From contig VGWY01000001.1 of assembly GCA_016873575.1 (NCBI GenBank), positions 1 to 39,425 on the forward strand: a stretch of 39,425 nt of DNA. Reading direction: 5' to 3'. Shown piece by piece: positions 1-8,004 of this stretch. Each line of letters starts with the position of its first letter. The first letter of the stretch is position 1. The notes beneath the pieces are model-generated. The model saw only the letters and a program-made list of their open reading frames with translations. It did no database searches and was not told the DNA's origin. The stretch is from Nitrospira sp. GTDB lineage: Bacteria > Nitrospirota > Thermodesulfovibrionia > Thermodesulfovibrionales > SM23-35. The position numbers and the translations under genes were made by a program.

Positions 1-13
1 ATCATTATTGAAA

Positions 14-88
14 AATCTCCCCTTGCCCCTCTTTGCCAAAGAGGGGTACATTGCCTCCCTTTAGCAAAGGGAGGTGAGGAGGGATTTT
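14..88. repeat. Short hairpin repeat, family F copy 1 (two C-tract/G-tract hairpins plus gaggagggatttt tail)
   Basis: cccctctttgccaaagagggg (26-46) and cctccctttagcaaagggagg (54-74) are perfect hairpins. Positions 54-88 closely match 25816-25849. Confidence 0.7.
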
Positions 89-564
89 ATAATCAATGTC
101 TTCATACTTATGACCGTATTAGTAAAAATACCTTTTGTATTCCTTTCAAAATTATCCATCTTTTCAGCGAGGCTTTTCCAGTTACAGGTCTGCATGAGCT
201 TGACCATTGTGTGCACAGTCCTGTTCTGAATAACCTTCAAACGCTCGGCTTTCTTTTCTATCCCATAGAATGGGAGCATGATGAAAAAGGCTTTGCCCAC
301 ATACCCCTTTATGGGTGAGAGGACATCTTCACGCCTTGTATAATAGGGACCTTCGCCATCAACACAGGGATTGCCAAAAACAATGAACTGCCTGCATGCA
401 ATGGGACGCATCGGGTGTACAGAACAGGCGTCTTCTATGAGAAAAGGGCAGGGGTCGTTTTCTGTGTAATTTTTAAGTTGGCTTTTGAGTATTTCACGTT
501 CAGGCCCGGATGTCCTTAAGTACCCTGCCTTTATTTTTTTTGTATCTGCCATTTTAACCACCAT
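61..564 (-). CDS. YkgJ/UPF0153-like cysteine-cluster protein (distal Cys motifs only)
   Basis: DPCPFL-x6-CSVHPMRPIACRQF resembles the distal half of YkgJ-family proteins; the proximal CxxCxxCC motif is absent. An in-frame TGA lies directly upstream of ATG 564; alternative start ATG at 552. The last ~9 codons lie inside repeat F. Confidence 0.45.
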   Translation of the reverse strand: MVVKMADTKKIKAGYLRTSGPEREILKSQLKNYTENDPCPFLIEDACSVHPMRPIACRQFIVFGNPCVDGEGPYYTRREDVLSPIKGYVGKAFFIMLPFYGIEKKAERLKVIQNRTVHTMVKLMQTCNWKSLAEKMDNFERNTKGIFTNTVISMKTLIIKSLLTSLC

Positions 565-1415
565 TCATAATATCTCTCTCCAATGAAAACCGTTATAATC
601 GTTAGCACAAGACCAGCTATTATATCAACGACATAATGATACCGACAATATACAGCTGAGAATATGAGGGCTGTTACAATAGGCAGGAATATCCAGAAGA
701 GCACTCTTTTAAATCTATAAGCAAGATAAAGCACGGTAACAGTGACCGCTGTATGACCACTCGGAAATGCATCTCTTTTTATCCCTTCGAGTTTATTCAA
801 CAGTCTTTGGATTGGTTCTGCAATGAAAAAACCCTGGAGTTCAGTAGTCTGCAGATGGTTTATCGTAAATCGTGGTCCAAGCGCAGGCATCAATATATAT
901 CCAAGGTAAGATAGATAAAAACAGAATAAGATAAGGAACAGTGATCTGTTGAATTCATGTTTCTGACCATTGAGCAAGAGAGTGATACCAAATATGATCG
1001 GGATAAAATAGTATGTTAAATAGGCGAGTTGCAGAATATCTGTCAGAACAGGATTCATAATCCTCTCGAGGATTACTGTTGGATGATTGCGAAAGATAAG
1101 ATAATCAAGCCGTATTAGGAGAGGGTCTATATCATCAGGATTGACATAATGGACAAGCCATTCAAGACTGTCAAAGATAACAAGCACACAAAAGGTAGGG
1201 AAAATCAGATTATATAAAAGCTCTGTGAACCTGCCTTTATCCTTCAGTTTCATGAGAATAACCTGTGAGAGCAGAAGAATTGCATAAAGGGTTATGAGAA
1301 AGGGAGCCTTAGGGATATCATGATAAAAGAGTATGGTTATCAGAGAGAGGCTCACAAGGAAAAGGATCGTTACTGAATCTGCAGGCCTAAGCCTGAAGAA
1401 TATGTTCCCCATCAA
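531..1415 (-). CDS. PAP2-family membrane phosphatase
   Basis: Multiple hydrophobic segments. PAP2 signature pieces are present: KRDAFPSGHTA (PSGH motif) and CRYHYVVDIIAG (R-x5-H-x3-D-like motif). Confidence 0.7.
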   Translation of the reverse strand: MMGNIFFRLRPADSVTILFLVSLSLITILFYHDIPKAPFLITLYAILLLSQVILMKLKDKGRFTELLYNLIFPTFCVLVIFDSLEWLVHYVNPDDIDPLLIRLDYLIFRNHPTVILERIMNPVLTDILQLAYLTYYFIPIIFGITLLLNGQKHEFNRSLFLILFCFYLSYLGYILMPALGPRFTINHLQTTELQGFFIAEPIQRLLNKLEGIKRDAFPSGHTAVTVTVLYLAYRFKRVLFWIFLPIVTALIFSAVYCRYHYVVDIIAGLVLTIITVFIGERYYEWWLKWQIQKK

Positions 1416-1927
1416 AGTTTGCTCAATGCCTTCTTAATTGCCCTATCTTTTTTGGAAAGTTTTTTAGGATTCCCTTTCCTGCCGATATCTCTATATTCTT
1501 CATGGTCGTCATTATCGTAGTAGTCATCTTTGTCTTCATAACCATGTGTCTTTTCCATGTGCCTTTTCTCGATAGCATTCAGAAAATCCCCTGATGATAT
1601 AGGGATAGAGCCTGATGACCATGCATATGATACTACATCTCTGTCTGAGGTAATGACAATCCACTCTCGCCTCTCTGCGGATATAATCCGTTTAATAACG
1701 GAATCAGCCTTCTCACCGAGCCTCGAATAAACCACCTTTATCCCACCTAAAAAAGAATGATCCTCCAAAACTCCCCCTGTCTTCCATCCATCAAAGACAA
1801 CGGTTATCTCATGACCCTTGTTCTTCCTGTATTCGATCAAGGACTCAATCAGTATCTTCCTCTGCTTTTCGAGGTCTTTATGATAGATACCGATTACATT
1901 ATATCCATCAATGATTATCGATGAAAT
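1412..1927 (-). CDS. NYN/YacP (Rae1-like) ribonuclease-domain protein, probable ATT start
   Basis: Track ORF (TTG 1840) reads EITVVFDG...VITSDRDV. The open frame continues upstream through IIIDGYNVIG, the conserved N-terminal Asp motif of YacP-type NYN domains. There is no ATG/GTG/TTG in frame, but GGGAGG (1939-1934) sits 6 nt before ATT (1927-1925). Confidence 0.6.
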   Translation of the reverse strand: MSSIIIDGYNVIGIYHKDLEKQRKILIESLIEYRKNKGHEITVVFDGWKTGGVLEDHSFLGGIKVVYSRLGEKADSVIKRIISAERREWIVITSDRDVVSYAWSSGSIPISSGDFLNAIEKRHMEKTHGYEDKDDYYDNDDHEEYRDIGRKGNPKKLSKKDRAIKKALSKL

Positions 1928-1970
1928 AACATACCTCCCAAATATTATATTATATACTGTTTGTGTCTGT

Positions 1971-2540
1971 ATGGAGATTGATGAGAAAATGATACTGGAT
2001 AGAGAGACTTATTTTCAGAAAGACGTCAGTCATCATGATCCAAATACCTATCAACTGGCAATCGTTCAGATAGAAGAAGTCTTTTGCACATATTGGCATC
2101 CGCTCAAGAAGGTGAGGGTGCTTGCTCAACAGGTAAAAGACGGTTTTGAGGAAATCAGTCCGTTTATACAGAAAATCACTGAGAAGGTTTGTCCTGATTG
2201 CAGGAATATTTGCTGTATTAATGCGCACAGTTACTATAACTATGAAGACCTTGTATATATCCATGCACTTGGCCTGAAGCCACCAATCTATGAATTTAAG
2301 AGGAAAGATTCAGACCCCTGCCAATTTCTTTCTGAACATGGTTGTCGCATGGAGCGGATTATTCGGCCTTCCGGTTGCAATTGGTATTTTTGTGATACCT
2401 TGTTTGATTCTATGGAGAAAATGCCAGGGTATGGAACATTTGATATTGCTCTGGGAGAAGTGGCAAGCCTCTGGCTGAGTTTAATAGATGAGTTTACTCT
2501 TTTTCAAATAAAAATCCGGCAGCGACCTACTTTCCCATAA
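1971..2540 (+). CDS. YkgJ/UPF0153 family cysteine-cluster protein
   Basis: CPDCRNICC (CxxCxxCC) plus DPCQFL...GC...RPSGCNWYFC. Start moved to ATG 1971 because the track start at 1911 would overlap the divergent NYN gene. The last 26 nt overlap the antisense 5S gene. Confidence 0.6.
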   Translation: MEIDEKMILDRETYFQKDVSHHDPNTYQLAIVQIEEVFCTYWHPLKKVRVLAQQVKDGFEEISPFIQKITEKVCPDCRNICCINAHSYYNYEDLVYIHALGLKPPIYEFKRKDSDPCQFLSEHGCRMERIIRPSGCNWYFCDTLFDSMEKMPGYGTFDIALGEVASLWLSLIDEFTLFQIKIRQRPTFP

Positions 2541-2630
2541 CCTCACAGCTATAGTATCATCGGCCCTGAAGGGCTTAACTTCCGTGTTCGGAACGGGAAC
2601 GGGTGTTTCCCCTTCGGTATCGCCACCGGA
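2515..2630 (-). rRNA. rrf: 5S ribosomal RNA
   Basis: The reverse complement reads tccggtggcgatac...ccgttccgaacacggaagttaagccc...gccgatgatac...gggaaagtaggtcgctgccgga. It has the 5S hallmarks CCGAAC, AGTTAAGC, GCCGATG and AGTAGG, and the termini pair to form helix I. Confidence 0.9.
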
Positions 2631-2676
2631 AACTTATAGTATATTAACACGAATATTTTTATTTTTGCAAGTAAGT

Positions 2677-2752
2677 TGGTGGAGGTGAACGGGATCGAAC
2701 CGATGACCTCCTGCTTGCAAAGCAGGCGCTCTCCCAACTGAGCTACACCCCC
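2677..2752 (-). tRNA. tRNA-Ala (anticodon UGC), CCA encoded
   Basis: The reverse complement gggggtgtagctcagttgggagagcgcctgctttgcaagcaggaggtcatcggttcgatcccgttcacctccacca folds as a cloverleaf. It has the G3:U70 Ala identity pair and anticodon loop cTTGCAa. Confidence 0.95.
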
Positions 2753-2882
2753 AGTGAAATTTGCAAAGCAAATTTTTGAGTTTAAAGTTAAAAGTTCAAA
2801 ATGAAAAGTTCTTAAGAAATTCACTACTTGAAACTTTAAACATGAAACTTGAAACTCCGATTTTGCCTATGGCAAAATCGGT

Positions 2883-2959
<77 letters not shown>

Positions 2960-3059
2960 GTGGCCCTGTGATTGATCACATGTGCTTGATCAATGTTTAT
3001 GGCCATGCAGCTAAAAAAGTATTTGCATTTTTGGCTTTTCAAAGAACATGCATAGATAC

Positions 3060-3089
3060 TATATACCCTATGTTGTTCAATTTTGTCAA
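3060..3089 (-). promoter_or_regulatory. Sigma70-like promoter facing tRNA-Ile/tRNA-Ala/5S
   Basis: The minus strand reads TTGACA (3089-3084), an 18-nt spacer, then TATATA (3065-3060). This is about 100 nt upstream of the tRNA-Ile 5' end. Confidence 0.4.
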
Positions 3090-3135
3090 CATACATACAG
3101 AAAACATGTGCGAGATAGCCCATATCGCCTGCAGG

Positions 3136-3165
3136 TTGATTTTATTTCCCCTCTTATGGTATAAA
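3136..3165 (+). promoter_or_regulatory. Sigma70-like promoter for rpsF operon
   Basis: TTGATT (3136-3141), an 18-nt spacer, then TATAAA (3160-3165). It is divergent from the tRNA promoter. Confidence 0.35.
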
Positions 3166-3213
3166 AAATACATTTCCCACTGTAAAGGTGACATCAACAA
3201 GGAGGCTTTGTTC

Positions 3214-3567
3214 ATGAATGTTTATGAAAATATCGTTATCCTGAATGCTGCACTCAATGATGAGGAGGTAGAGGCAGCGATTATAAAGATTAAAGATATC
3301 ATTACAAACCATGGCGGAGAGATACTGAAGGTCAACATCTGGGGCAAGAGGAAGCTTGCCTATGAGATAAAAAAACAGAAAAAAGGTGTCTATATTCTTT
3401 TGTGCTATAAGACATCACCTGCAACAATTAAAAAATTGATGGAGTTCTACAAGGTTTTTGATGCGGGTATCAAATATATGATTATTAAACTCGGTTCTAA
3501 GCAGGCACATGAGTTCGAGAAGGTTGAAACAATTTCCGAAACAGCAGAGCAAAAGAGCGAAGGTTAG
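3214..3567 (+). CDS. rpsF: 30S ribosomal protein S6
   Basis: MNVYENIVILNA...GKRKLAYEI is a typical S6 sequence. AAGGAGG lies 7 nt before ATG 3214. The track start at 2968 is an upstream extension through the promoter region. Confidence 0.9.
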   Translation: MNVYENIVILNAALNDEEVEAAIIKIKDIITNHGGEILKVNIWGKRKLAYEIKKQKKGVYILLCYKTSPATIKKLMEFYKVFDAGIKYMIIKLGSKQAHEFEKVETISETAEQKSEG

Positions 3568-3960
3568 ATGTATAACAAAATAATACTCATAGGCAATCTT
3601 ACCAAAGATCCTGAATTGAGATATACACCACAGGGAACCCCTGTTGCCTCTTTCAGGCTTGCTGTTAATTACAAGTATAAACAGTCTGACGAAATAAAAC
3701 AGGAGGCAATGTTTATCGATATTGTAGTTTTTGGAAAACAGGCAGAATCATGTAGCAAATATCTCAATAAAGGAAGTCCTGCTCTTGTTGAGGGTAGACT
3801 TCAGGAAAGAAAATGGGAGTCCAATGGGCAGATGAGAAGCAAGTTTGAAGTAATTGCTCAATCTGTTCGGTTTCTTTCAAGAAAAGGTGTGACACAGGAA
3901 CAGACAGCGGATAGTGATATCCTGCCTCCAGAGGAAACTACGGATTTAGAGCCATTTTAG
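3568..3960 (+). CDS. ssb: Single-stranded DNA-binding protein
   Basis: OB-fold N-terminus NKIILIGNLTKDPELRYTPQG, acidic C-terminal tip DLEPF, and the rpsF-ssb-rpsR gene order. Confidence 0.9.
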   Translation: MYNKIILIGNLTKDPELRYTPQGTPVASFRLAVNYKYKQSDEIKQEAMFIDIVVFGKQAESCSKYLNKGSPALVEGRLQERKWESNGQMRSKFEVIAQSVRFLSRKGVTQEQTADSDILPPEETTDLEPF

Positions 3961-3993
3961 TACATACATTTTACGAAGGGAAGGGAGTTACAT

Positions 3994-4218
3994 TTGCAAC
4001 AGAAGAGATTCCAAAGAAGAAAGTTTTGCAGGTTTTGTTCGGAAAAGGTACAGTACATTGATTACAAGGATGTAAAGATCCTGAGGAACTATATTACCGA
4101 TAGGGGAAAGGTAATCCCTCGAAGGATGACAGGTACATGTGCAAAGCACCAGAGGGAATTGACCGAGTCCATCTGTAGAGCAAGAAATATAGCACTGCTT
4201 GCCTATGTAGAAAAATAG
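3994..4218 (+). CDS. rpsR: 30S ribosomal protein S18 (TTG start)
   Basis: RRKFCRFC...[35 protein letters not shown] is a canonical S18 sequence. Confidence 0.9.
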   Translation: MQQKRFQRRKFCRFCSEKVQYIDYKDVKILRNYITDRGKVIPRRMTGTCAKHQRELTESICRARNIALLAYVEK

Positions 4219-4219
4219 G

Positions 4220-4501
4220 ATGAGGATTCCAAAAACGTGGGTCCCGATCTTAGCAAAAAAGATAGCAGATAACATCATATCAAAGGAACTCGTTAAGCCA
4301 ACCGTACCGATAGAAAAACTTCTCACAGGAATTAAAGAACTTATCCTTGATGAGCTTACTGTTGAAGACAGGCTGAATGAGGAGGTAAGAGAAATATTAA
4401 GAGTTCGTGCCTCAGAAATAGAACATGGTCGTCTGGATTACAGAAAACTTTTTGAACTTACCAAACAGAAACTGGTGAAGGAAAGGAATCTTATTCTATA
4501 G
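4220..4501 (+). CDS. DUF507-family protein, paralogue 1
   Basis: 93 aa with a paralogous layout to the next ORF. ATG is 1 nt after the rpsR stop. The family assignment is from memory of DUF507 sequences. Confidence 0.55.
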   Translation: MRIPKTWVPILAKKIADNIISKELVKPTVPIEKLLTGIKELILDELTVEDRLNEEVREILRVRASEIEHGRLDYRKLFELTKQKLVKERNLIL

Positions 4502-4783
4502 ATGCTCTCAGAGGATAAAATTTCACACATGTGCCATATGATCCTGAAAGGACTTCTTGAAAAGAATCTTGTTAAACCAATTGAAGAAGATGGGAAGATC
4601 AGGCGGGAGATTCGGCGTACTCTTATATCAGAACTGAAGATAGGTGAGGAGATAGATTCGAATGTCAAAAAAAAGATTCAGTCATTTTCGAAAAAGGTCA
4701 CTGAAGGGAGTCCTGAGTGGGAGGTACTCTATAAAAAGTTTTTTAAGGAAGAAGAGATAAAAAGAGGGTTAATACAGAAATAG
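4502..4783 (+). CDS. DUF507-family protein, paralogue 2
   Basis: MLSEDKISHMCHMILKGLL...ELKIGEEID...SFSKKVTEGSPEWEVLYKKFFKEE matches my recollection of DUF507 proteins. ATG immediately follows the TAG of paralogue 1, in the same frame. Confidence 0.65.
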   Translation: MLSEDKISHMCHMILKGLLEKNLVKPIEEDGKIRREIRRTLISELKIGEEIDSNVKKKIQSFSKKVTEGSPEWEVLYKKFFKEEEIKRGLIQK

Positions 4784-4796
4784 GCTAAGATATTGT

Positions 4797-5096
4797 ATGG
4801 ACCACTTCATTTCATATGCCACTGAGAAGGAGATAAAGAGTGAAAGGTCAAAGGCCCGAAGTCTGAAAAAATCTCAGTGGTGGAAGAGGAAATGCGCTGA
4901 TGGTATCTGCTACTTTTGCAAGGAAAAACTTACGCCGAAAGAACTCACCCTTGACCACATCGTCCCAATCATACGGGGTGGTAAATCAACAAAAGGAAAT
5001 GTTGTCCCTGTTTGTAAGGAATGCAATAACAAAAAGAAGTATCTCCTGCCGATTGAATGGGAAGAATACCTCGAACGATTAAACAGAGACTCTTAA
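4797..5096 (+). CDS. Small HNH endonuclease
   Basis: CYFC...LTLDHIVPIIRGGKSTKGNVVPVCKECNNKK is an HNH/zinc-finger core. Confidence 0.75.
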   Translation: MDHFISYATEKEIKSERSKARSLKKSQWWKRKCADGICYFCKEKLTPKELTLDHIVPIIRGGKSTKGNVVPVCKECNNKKKYLLPIEWEEYLERLNRDS

Positions 5097-5145
5097 ATCT
5101 TCAGTCCACATCTGTATTATTTCAATTATACTATTGGGGTTAGAG

Positions 5146-6546
5146 ATGTCGGCATTTCAGAACCTTATGAAAAAAGTAGCTACTACGATACAAAAATACT
5201 CCATGCTAACAGGAGGGGAGAAGATCCTTGTTGGCCTTTCAGGAGGGCCGGATTCAGTGTGTCTCCTTCATGTGCTTACTTCTCTGAAGGATGACTTCAA
5301 CCTTGTCTTGAACGCAATCTATATTGACCACGGTTTAAGGCCACATGAGACAGAAACGGAGATAGAGTTTTGCAGGAATCTCTGCGAACGCCTGTGTCTG
5401 CCTTTCACTACACAATACATTGATGTTAATTCCTATGCACAAGAACAAGGAATGAACCTTCAGGAGGCAGCAAGAGGATTACGGTACAGGATATTTGAGG
5501 AAACGGCGTATCAGATTCAAGCAGATAAAATTGCATTGGGTCATACTGCAGATGACCAGGCAGAGACTCTCCTTATGAACCTTTTCAGAGGCTCCGGGAA
5601 AAAGGGACTTTCAGGAATACCACCCGTGAGAGGGAAGATCATAAGGCCGCTCATTCTGACGAAGAGAACAGAGATCGAGAGGTATCTCGATGAAGAAAAG
5701 ATTGCATTCATTACCGACTCATCAAATCTCAAAAAAGATTATCTGCGGAATAAGATAAGACTTTCACTTATGCCAGTATTAAAGCAATATAATCCAGACA
5801 TTATTGATACGCTTTCAAGGACATCTGAGATCTTGAGAGATGAAGAAAGATATTTTGAAATCATTGTTACTAAAACCATGATGAAGCTTATCAGCAGAAA
5901 AACGGATGTCCGCATTGAACTATTCCTTTCGCCGTTTGCAATCATGGATAAAGTCATCATGAGAAGGGTTTTACGGAGGGCAATAGATGAGACAAAAGGT
6001 ATCCGGGGAATCAGCTTAATCCATATAGATGATATTATTGAGCTTATTCAGAAGGGTAATCCAGGTGATAGAATTTATCTTCCGAAAGGAATAAGGGTGA
6101 TAAAGGAATATGCAACGATTATCCTGACATCAGAGTCACCTGTTCAATTAAATACCTATACACTCACAGTTCCTGGAGAGACTATCCTGAAAGAGGCAGG
6201 GATTTTAATAAAGGCTTCTCTTATGGAAGGTCAGGAATCCTTGCGCGAGTCAGGATTCGGGACTACCCTTGGCATCTTCGATGCGGATCAATTAACCTTT
6301 CCCCTTAAGGTAAGGCCAAGAAAAAATGGAGATTTTTTCTATCCATTTGGATTTGGCAAACGGAAAAAACTTCAGGACTTCTTTGTTGATGAGAAGGTAC
6401 CAAGGGATGAACGTGACAGAATTCCATTACTTATGTCAGGAGATGATATAGTATGGATTGTTGGATACCGAGGAGATGATAGGTTTCAGGTCACTGATAA
6501 GACGAAAAGGGTTTTGAGATTAGAGGTAAAAAGGATAAAAGATTGA
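5146..6546 (+). CDS. tilS: tRNA(Ile)-lysidine synthase
   Basis: PP-loop SGGPDS in LVGLSGGPDSVCLL, plus the TilS substrate-binding and C-terminal domains. Alternative TTG start at 5134. Confidence 0.85.
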   Translation: MSAFQNLMKKVATTIQKYSMLTGGEKILVGLSGGPDSVCLLHVLTSLKDDFNLVLNAIYIDHGLRPHETETEIEFCRNLCERLCLPFTTQYIDVNSYAQEQGMNLQEAARGLRYRIFEETAYQIQADKIALGHTADDQAETLLMNLFRGSGKKGLSGIPPVRGKIIRPLILTKRTEIERYLDEEKIAFITDSSNLKKDYLRNKIRLSLMPVLKQYNPDIIDTLSRTSEILRDEERYFEIIVTKTMMKLISRKTDVRIELFLSPFAIMDKVIMRRVLRRAIDETKGIRGISLIHIDDIIELIQKGNPGDRIYLPKGIRVIKEYATIILTSESPVQLNTYTLTVPGETILKEAGILIKASLMEGQESLRESGFGTTLGIFDADQLTFPLKVRPRKNGDFFYPFGFGKRKKLQDFFVDEKVPRDERDRIPLLMSGDDIVWIVGYRGDDRFQVTDKTKRVLRLEVKRIKD

Positions 6547-6561
6547 ACATGGAGGTTCAAT

Positions 6562-8004
6562 TTGTCTGAGAAGTCGTTGCGACTTGATTCCGAGGTGAGG
6601 GTGAGATTTGCGCCAAGCCCGACAGGACATTTGCACATAGGTGGGGCAAGGACAGCCCTTTTTAATTGGCTTTTTGCAAGACATCATAAGGGCACATTTG
6701 TATTAAGGATCGAAGATACTGACAGGACACGATCAACAGAAGATTATATCCATTCAATTATCGATGGTATGAAATGGCTCAGCCTCGACTGGGATGAGGG
6801 CCCATACAGACAGACAGACAGGTTTGATGTCTATAGAAAATATACGGATAAGCTTTTGGAAGAAGGAAAGGCTTACTATTGTTATTGCTTGCCTGAAGAG
6901 CTTGAGCGGAGAAGAAAGGAGGCAATGGCGCAGGGGAAGTCACCAAAATACGATGGTCGTTGCAGAAATGTGAAAGAGCCGGCAGCCGGCAGAACACCTG
7001 CAGTTCGTTTTAAGATGCCGCATGAAGGAGAGACCGTTGTCCATGATCTCATCAGGGGAAGGATAGTCTTTGAGAATGAGCAGCTTGACGATCTTGTCAT
7101 TATGCGTTCTGATGAAGCACCAACATACAACTTTACTGTAGTTGTTGATGATGTTGATATGGCCATCACCCATGTAATACGAGGTGATGACCACCTGAAC
7201 AACACTCCAAAACAGATTCATATCTATAGTGCACTCGGTTATGAAGTGCCTTTGTTCGCACATTTACCGATGATATTAGGTGCTGACAAGACGAGGCTCA
7301 GTAAAAGGCATGGTGCGACATCAGTTATGGCGTATAAAGAAATGGGTTATCTTCCAGAGGCACTTGTGAATTATCTTGTACGCCTTGGGTGGTCGTACGG
7401 TGACCAGGAGGTATTTACAAGGGAAGAATTAATCAAATACTTCTCATTTGAAAATGTAGGAAAATCCTCTGCGGTGTTTAACCCGGAGAAACTCATCTGG
7501 CTTAACAGCCAGTATATGAAAAACACTCCCAATGAAAAGCTTGTCGATCTGGTTATACCTTTTCTTGTCAAAGAAAAGGTTATAAGTGAAGACCAGACAG
7601 TTGATAAAGAATGGTTATCGAAAGCTATTACTACCTTGAAAGAGCGCTCAAAGACATTACTCGAACTTGCATATTCCTTACGATTTTATATAACAGAAGA
7701 TATAGAATATGATGAGAAGGCAAGGACGAAATTCCTGAATGAAAAAAGCCGTGATTTATTGGTTGAGGTAACACATAGTTTGGCTGATCTAAATGATTTT
7801 TCAGCATCTAAGATAGAAGAAGTTTTCATGTCAATAGTGGGAAGGCATAACATGAAGCTCGGCAATCTTGCGCAGCCTGTTCGCGTTGCAATTACTGGAA
7901 GGACAGAAAGTCCAGGGATCTTTGAAGTGCTTGAGATCGTTGGTAAGGAAAAAACATTAAAACGATTATACAGAGCAATACAATCAATAGGAATAAAGAC
8001 ATGA
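6562..8004 (+). CDS. gltX: Glutamyl-tRNA synthetase (TTG start)
   Basis: [20 protein letters not shown] (HIGH motif) and RLSKRHG (KMSKS motif). GGAGG lies 6 nt before TTG. Confidence 0.9.
   Translation: MSEKSLRLDSEVRVRFAPSPTGHLHIGGARTALFNWLFARHHKGTFVLRIEDTDRTRSTEDYIHSIIDGMKWLSLDWDEGPYRQTDRFDVYRKYTDKLLEEGKAYYCYCLPEELERRRKEAMAQGKSPKYDGRCRNVKEPAAGRTPAVRFKMPHEGETVVHDLIRGRIVFENEQLDDLVIMRSDEAPTYNFTVVVDDVDMAITHVIRGDDHLNNTPKQIHIYSALGYEVPLFAHLPMILGADKTRLSKRHGATSVMAYKEMGYLPEALVNYLVRLGWSYGDQEVFTREELIKYFSFENVGKSSAVFNPEKLIWLNSQYMKNTPNEKLVDLVIPFLVKEKVISEDQTVDKEWLSKAITTLKERSKTLLELAYSLRFYITEDIEYDEKARTKFLNEKSRDLLVEVTHSLADLNDFSASKIEEVFMSIVGRHNMKLGNLAQPVRVAITGRTESPGIFEVLEIVGKEKTLKRLYRAIQSIGIKT

Noticed and set aside
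565-567. In-frame TGA immediately upstream of the YkgJ-like ATG (564) as a second Sec site that would restore the missing CxxCxxCC motif
   Set aside because: The upstream frame translates to ...DYNGFHWREIL with no Cys motif and overlaps the PAP2 coding region. There is no hairpin downstream of the TGA.
2549-2824. 91-aa minus-strand ORF
   Set aside because: It lies entirely over the 5S rRNA, tRNA-Ala and their spacer, so it is an artefact of translating structural RNA genes.
3100-3213. Structured S6:S18-binding leader RNA upstream of rpsF
   Set aside because: I could not identify a convincing conserved structure by eye in the about 50 nt between the putative promoter and the RBS. A covariance-model scan would be needed.
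4499-4504. TAG read-through or pyrrolysine joining the two DUF507 ORFs
   Set aside because: The second ORF starts with its own ATG directly after the TAG. Its N-terminus (MLSEDKISH...) looks like the start of stand-alone DUF507 proteins. No pyl genes or PYLIS-like evidence is present, so simple stop-start coupling is the more economical reading.
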